Part shown: in pieces, positions 8,644-8,914 of the stretch
Numbering within the stretch: the first letter of the stretch is position 1
Layout: the number at the start of each line of letters is the position of its first letter
From: Naegleria gruberi
Lineage: Eukaryota
DNA length: 8,914 nt
Assembly: GCA_000004985.1 (NCBI GenBank)
Contig: GG739053.1
Direction: 5' to 3' (one strand)
Notes under the pieces: generated by a model
Database searches by the model: none
Told to the model about the DNA's origin: nothing
What the model saw: the letters and a program-made list of their open reading frames with translations, nothing else
Position numbers and translations under genes: made by a program

Positions 8644-8914
8644 ATGTCGCAACTTGATGTCAGCTCACATAATGCAAGAGATTCGTCTATTCCACTCCGT
8701 GCTACTACTTCTACCCTTCTAAAACAATCAACACTCGAGCAATCGTGTGAGAAAGTAAACGAAAGTTCATTAATCATTGAAACATTTCCTTCCCAACATT
8801 CTATTGGAAATCAAACACGAAAGGTTCATTCTCCACGTTCAGATCAAACTCTTTCCGAAGAAGAAACAAATTCCATCATTTGGAAAGAAAGAAATGACGA
8901 AATGTTCGAACAAA
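8644..8914 (+). CDS. 5' part of a + strand gene, 90 codons open to the window end (MSQLDVSSHNARDSSIPLRATTSTLLKQSTLEQSCEKVNESSLIIETFPSQHSIGNQTRKVHSPRSDQTLSEEETNSIIWKERNDEMFEQ…). It encodes a Ser/Thr-rich protein of unknown function.
   Basis: ATG in a nematode-type context (gttaaaaaATGtcg). The frame has no stop for the remaining 271 nt. It is absent from the ORF track only because no in-frame stop occurs before the window end. Codon usage is not AT-biased like the flanks. Confidence 0.4.
   Translation, partial: MSQLDVSSHNARDSSIPLRATTSTLLKQSTLEQSCEKVNESSLIIETFPSQHSIGNQTRKVHSPRSDQTLSEEETNSIIWKERNDEMFEQ

Noticed and set aside
8458-8722. Overlapping ORFs 8458..8652 (-) and 8522..8722 (+)
   Set aside because: Short and mutually overlapping. 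The + frame 1 ORF starting at the AAAAATG at 8644 is a better explanation of this region.
1-8914. Prokaryotic defence or novel-system operon, CRISPR array, tRNA or rRNA
   Set aside because: No direct-repeat/spacer arrays, no tRNA-like cloverleaf candidates and no rRNA-like conserved blocks were seen. Gene architecture is spliced and eukaryotic. A claim of a bacterial-style system would be unsupported.

Overview
Eukaryotic nuclear DNA, not prokaryotic. The sequence is AT-rich (about 65%). It contains spliceosomal introns with GTAAGT/GTATGT donors and AG acceptors, including a 43-nt intron in a kinase gene, plus AATAAA poly(A) signals and an AAAAATG start context. All of this is typical of a nematode-like invertebrate genome. 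About 43% of the window is assembly gap (50 N at 1206-1255 and 3770 N at 2822-6591). The two giant '+' ORFs in the ORF track, 2643..6659 and 2819..6595, are N-to-X translation artifacts. The ORF track was called with bacterial alternative starts, so several of its leading 'M' residues are really TTG or GTG codons. Supported content: (1) A minus-strand eukaryotic protein-kinase gene at 1273-2774+, in two exons separated by a 43-nt intron. The intron splits the catalytic-loop codon, and the spliced sequence reads ...FTH-R-DLKLANVII. Its N-terminal extension runs into the large gap. (2) Short flanking exon fragments of other '+' strand genes at 1-55, possibly 149-207, 6594-6659 with a poly(A) signal, and 8644-8914+. 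(3) A roughly 1-kb foldback or MITE-like element at about 6884-7877. It is built from A-tract/GC-core/T-tract palindromes in mirrored block order around a K/E-rich ORF. (4) A 2 x 41 bp tandem motif at 8007-8088. I see no evidence of a prokaryotic defence system or operon. The most interesting biology is the divergent kinase, which has DFD instead of DFG and an unrecognised N-terminal domain, and the palindrome-rich foldback element.
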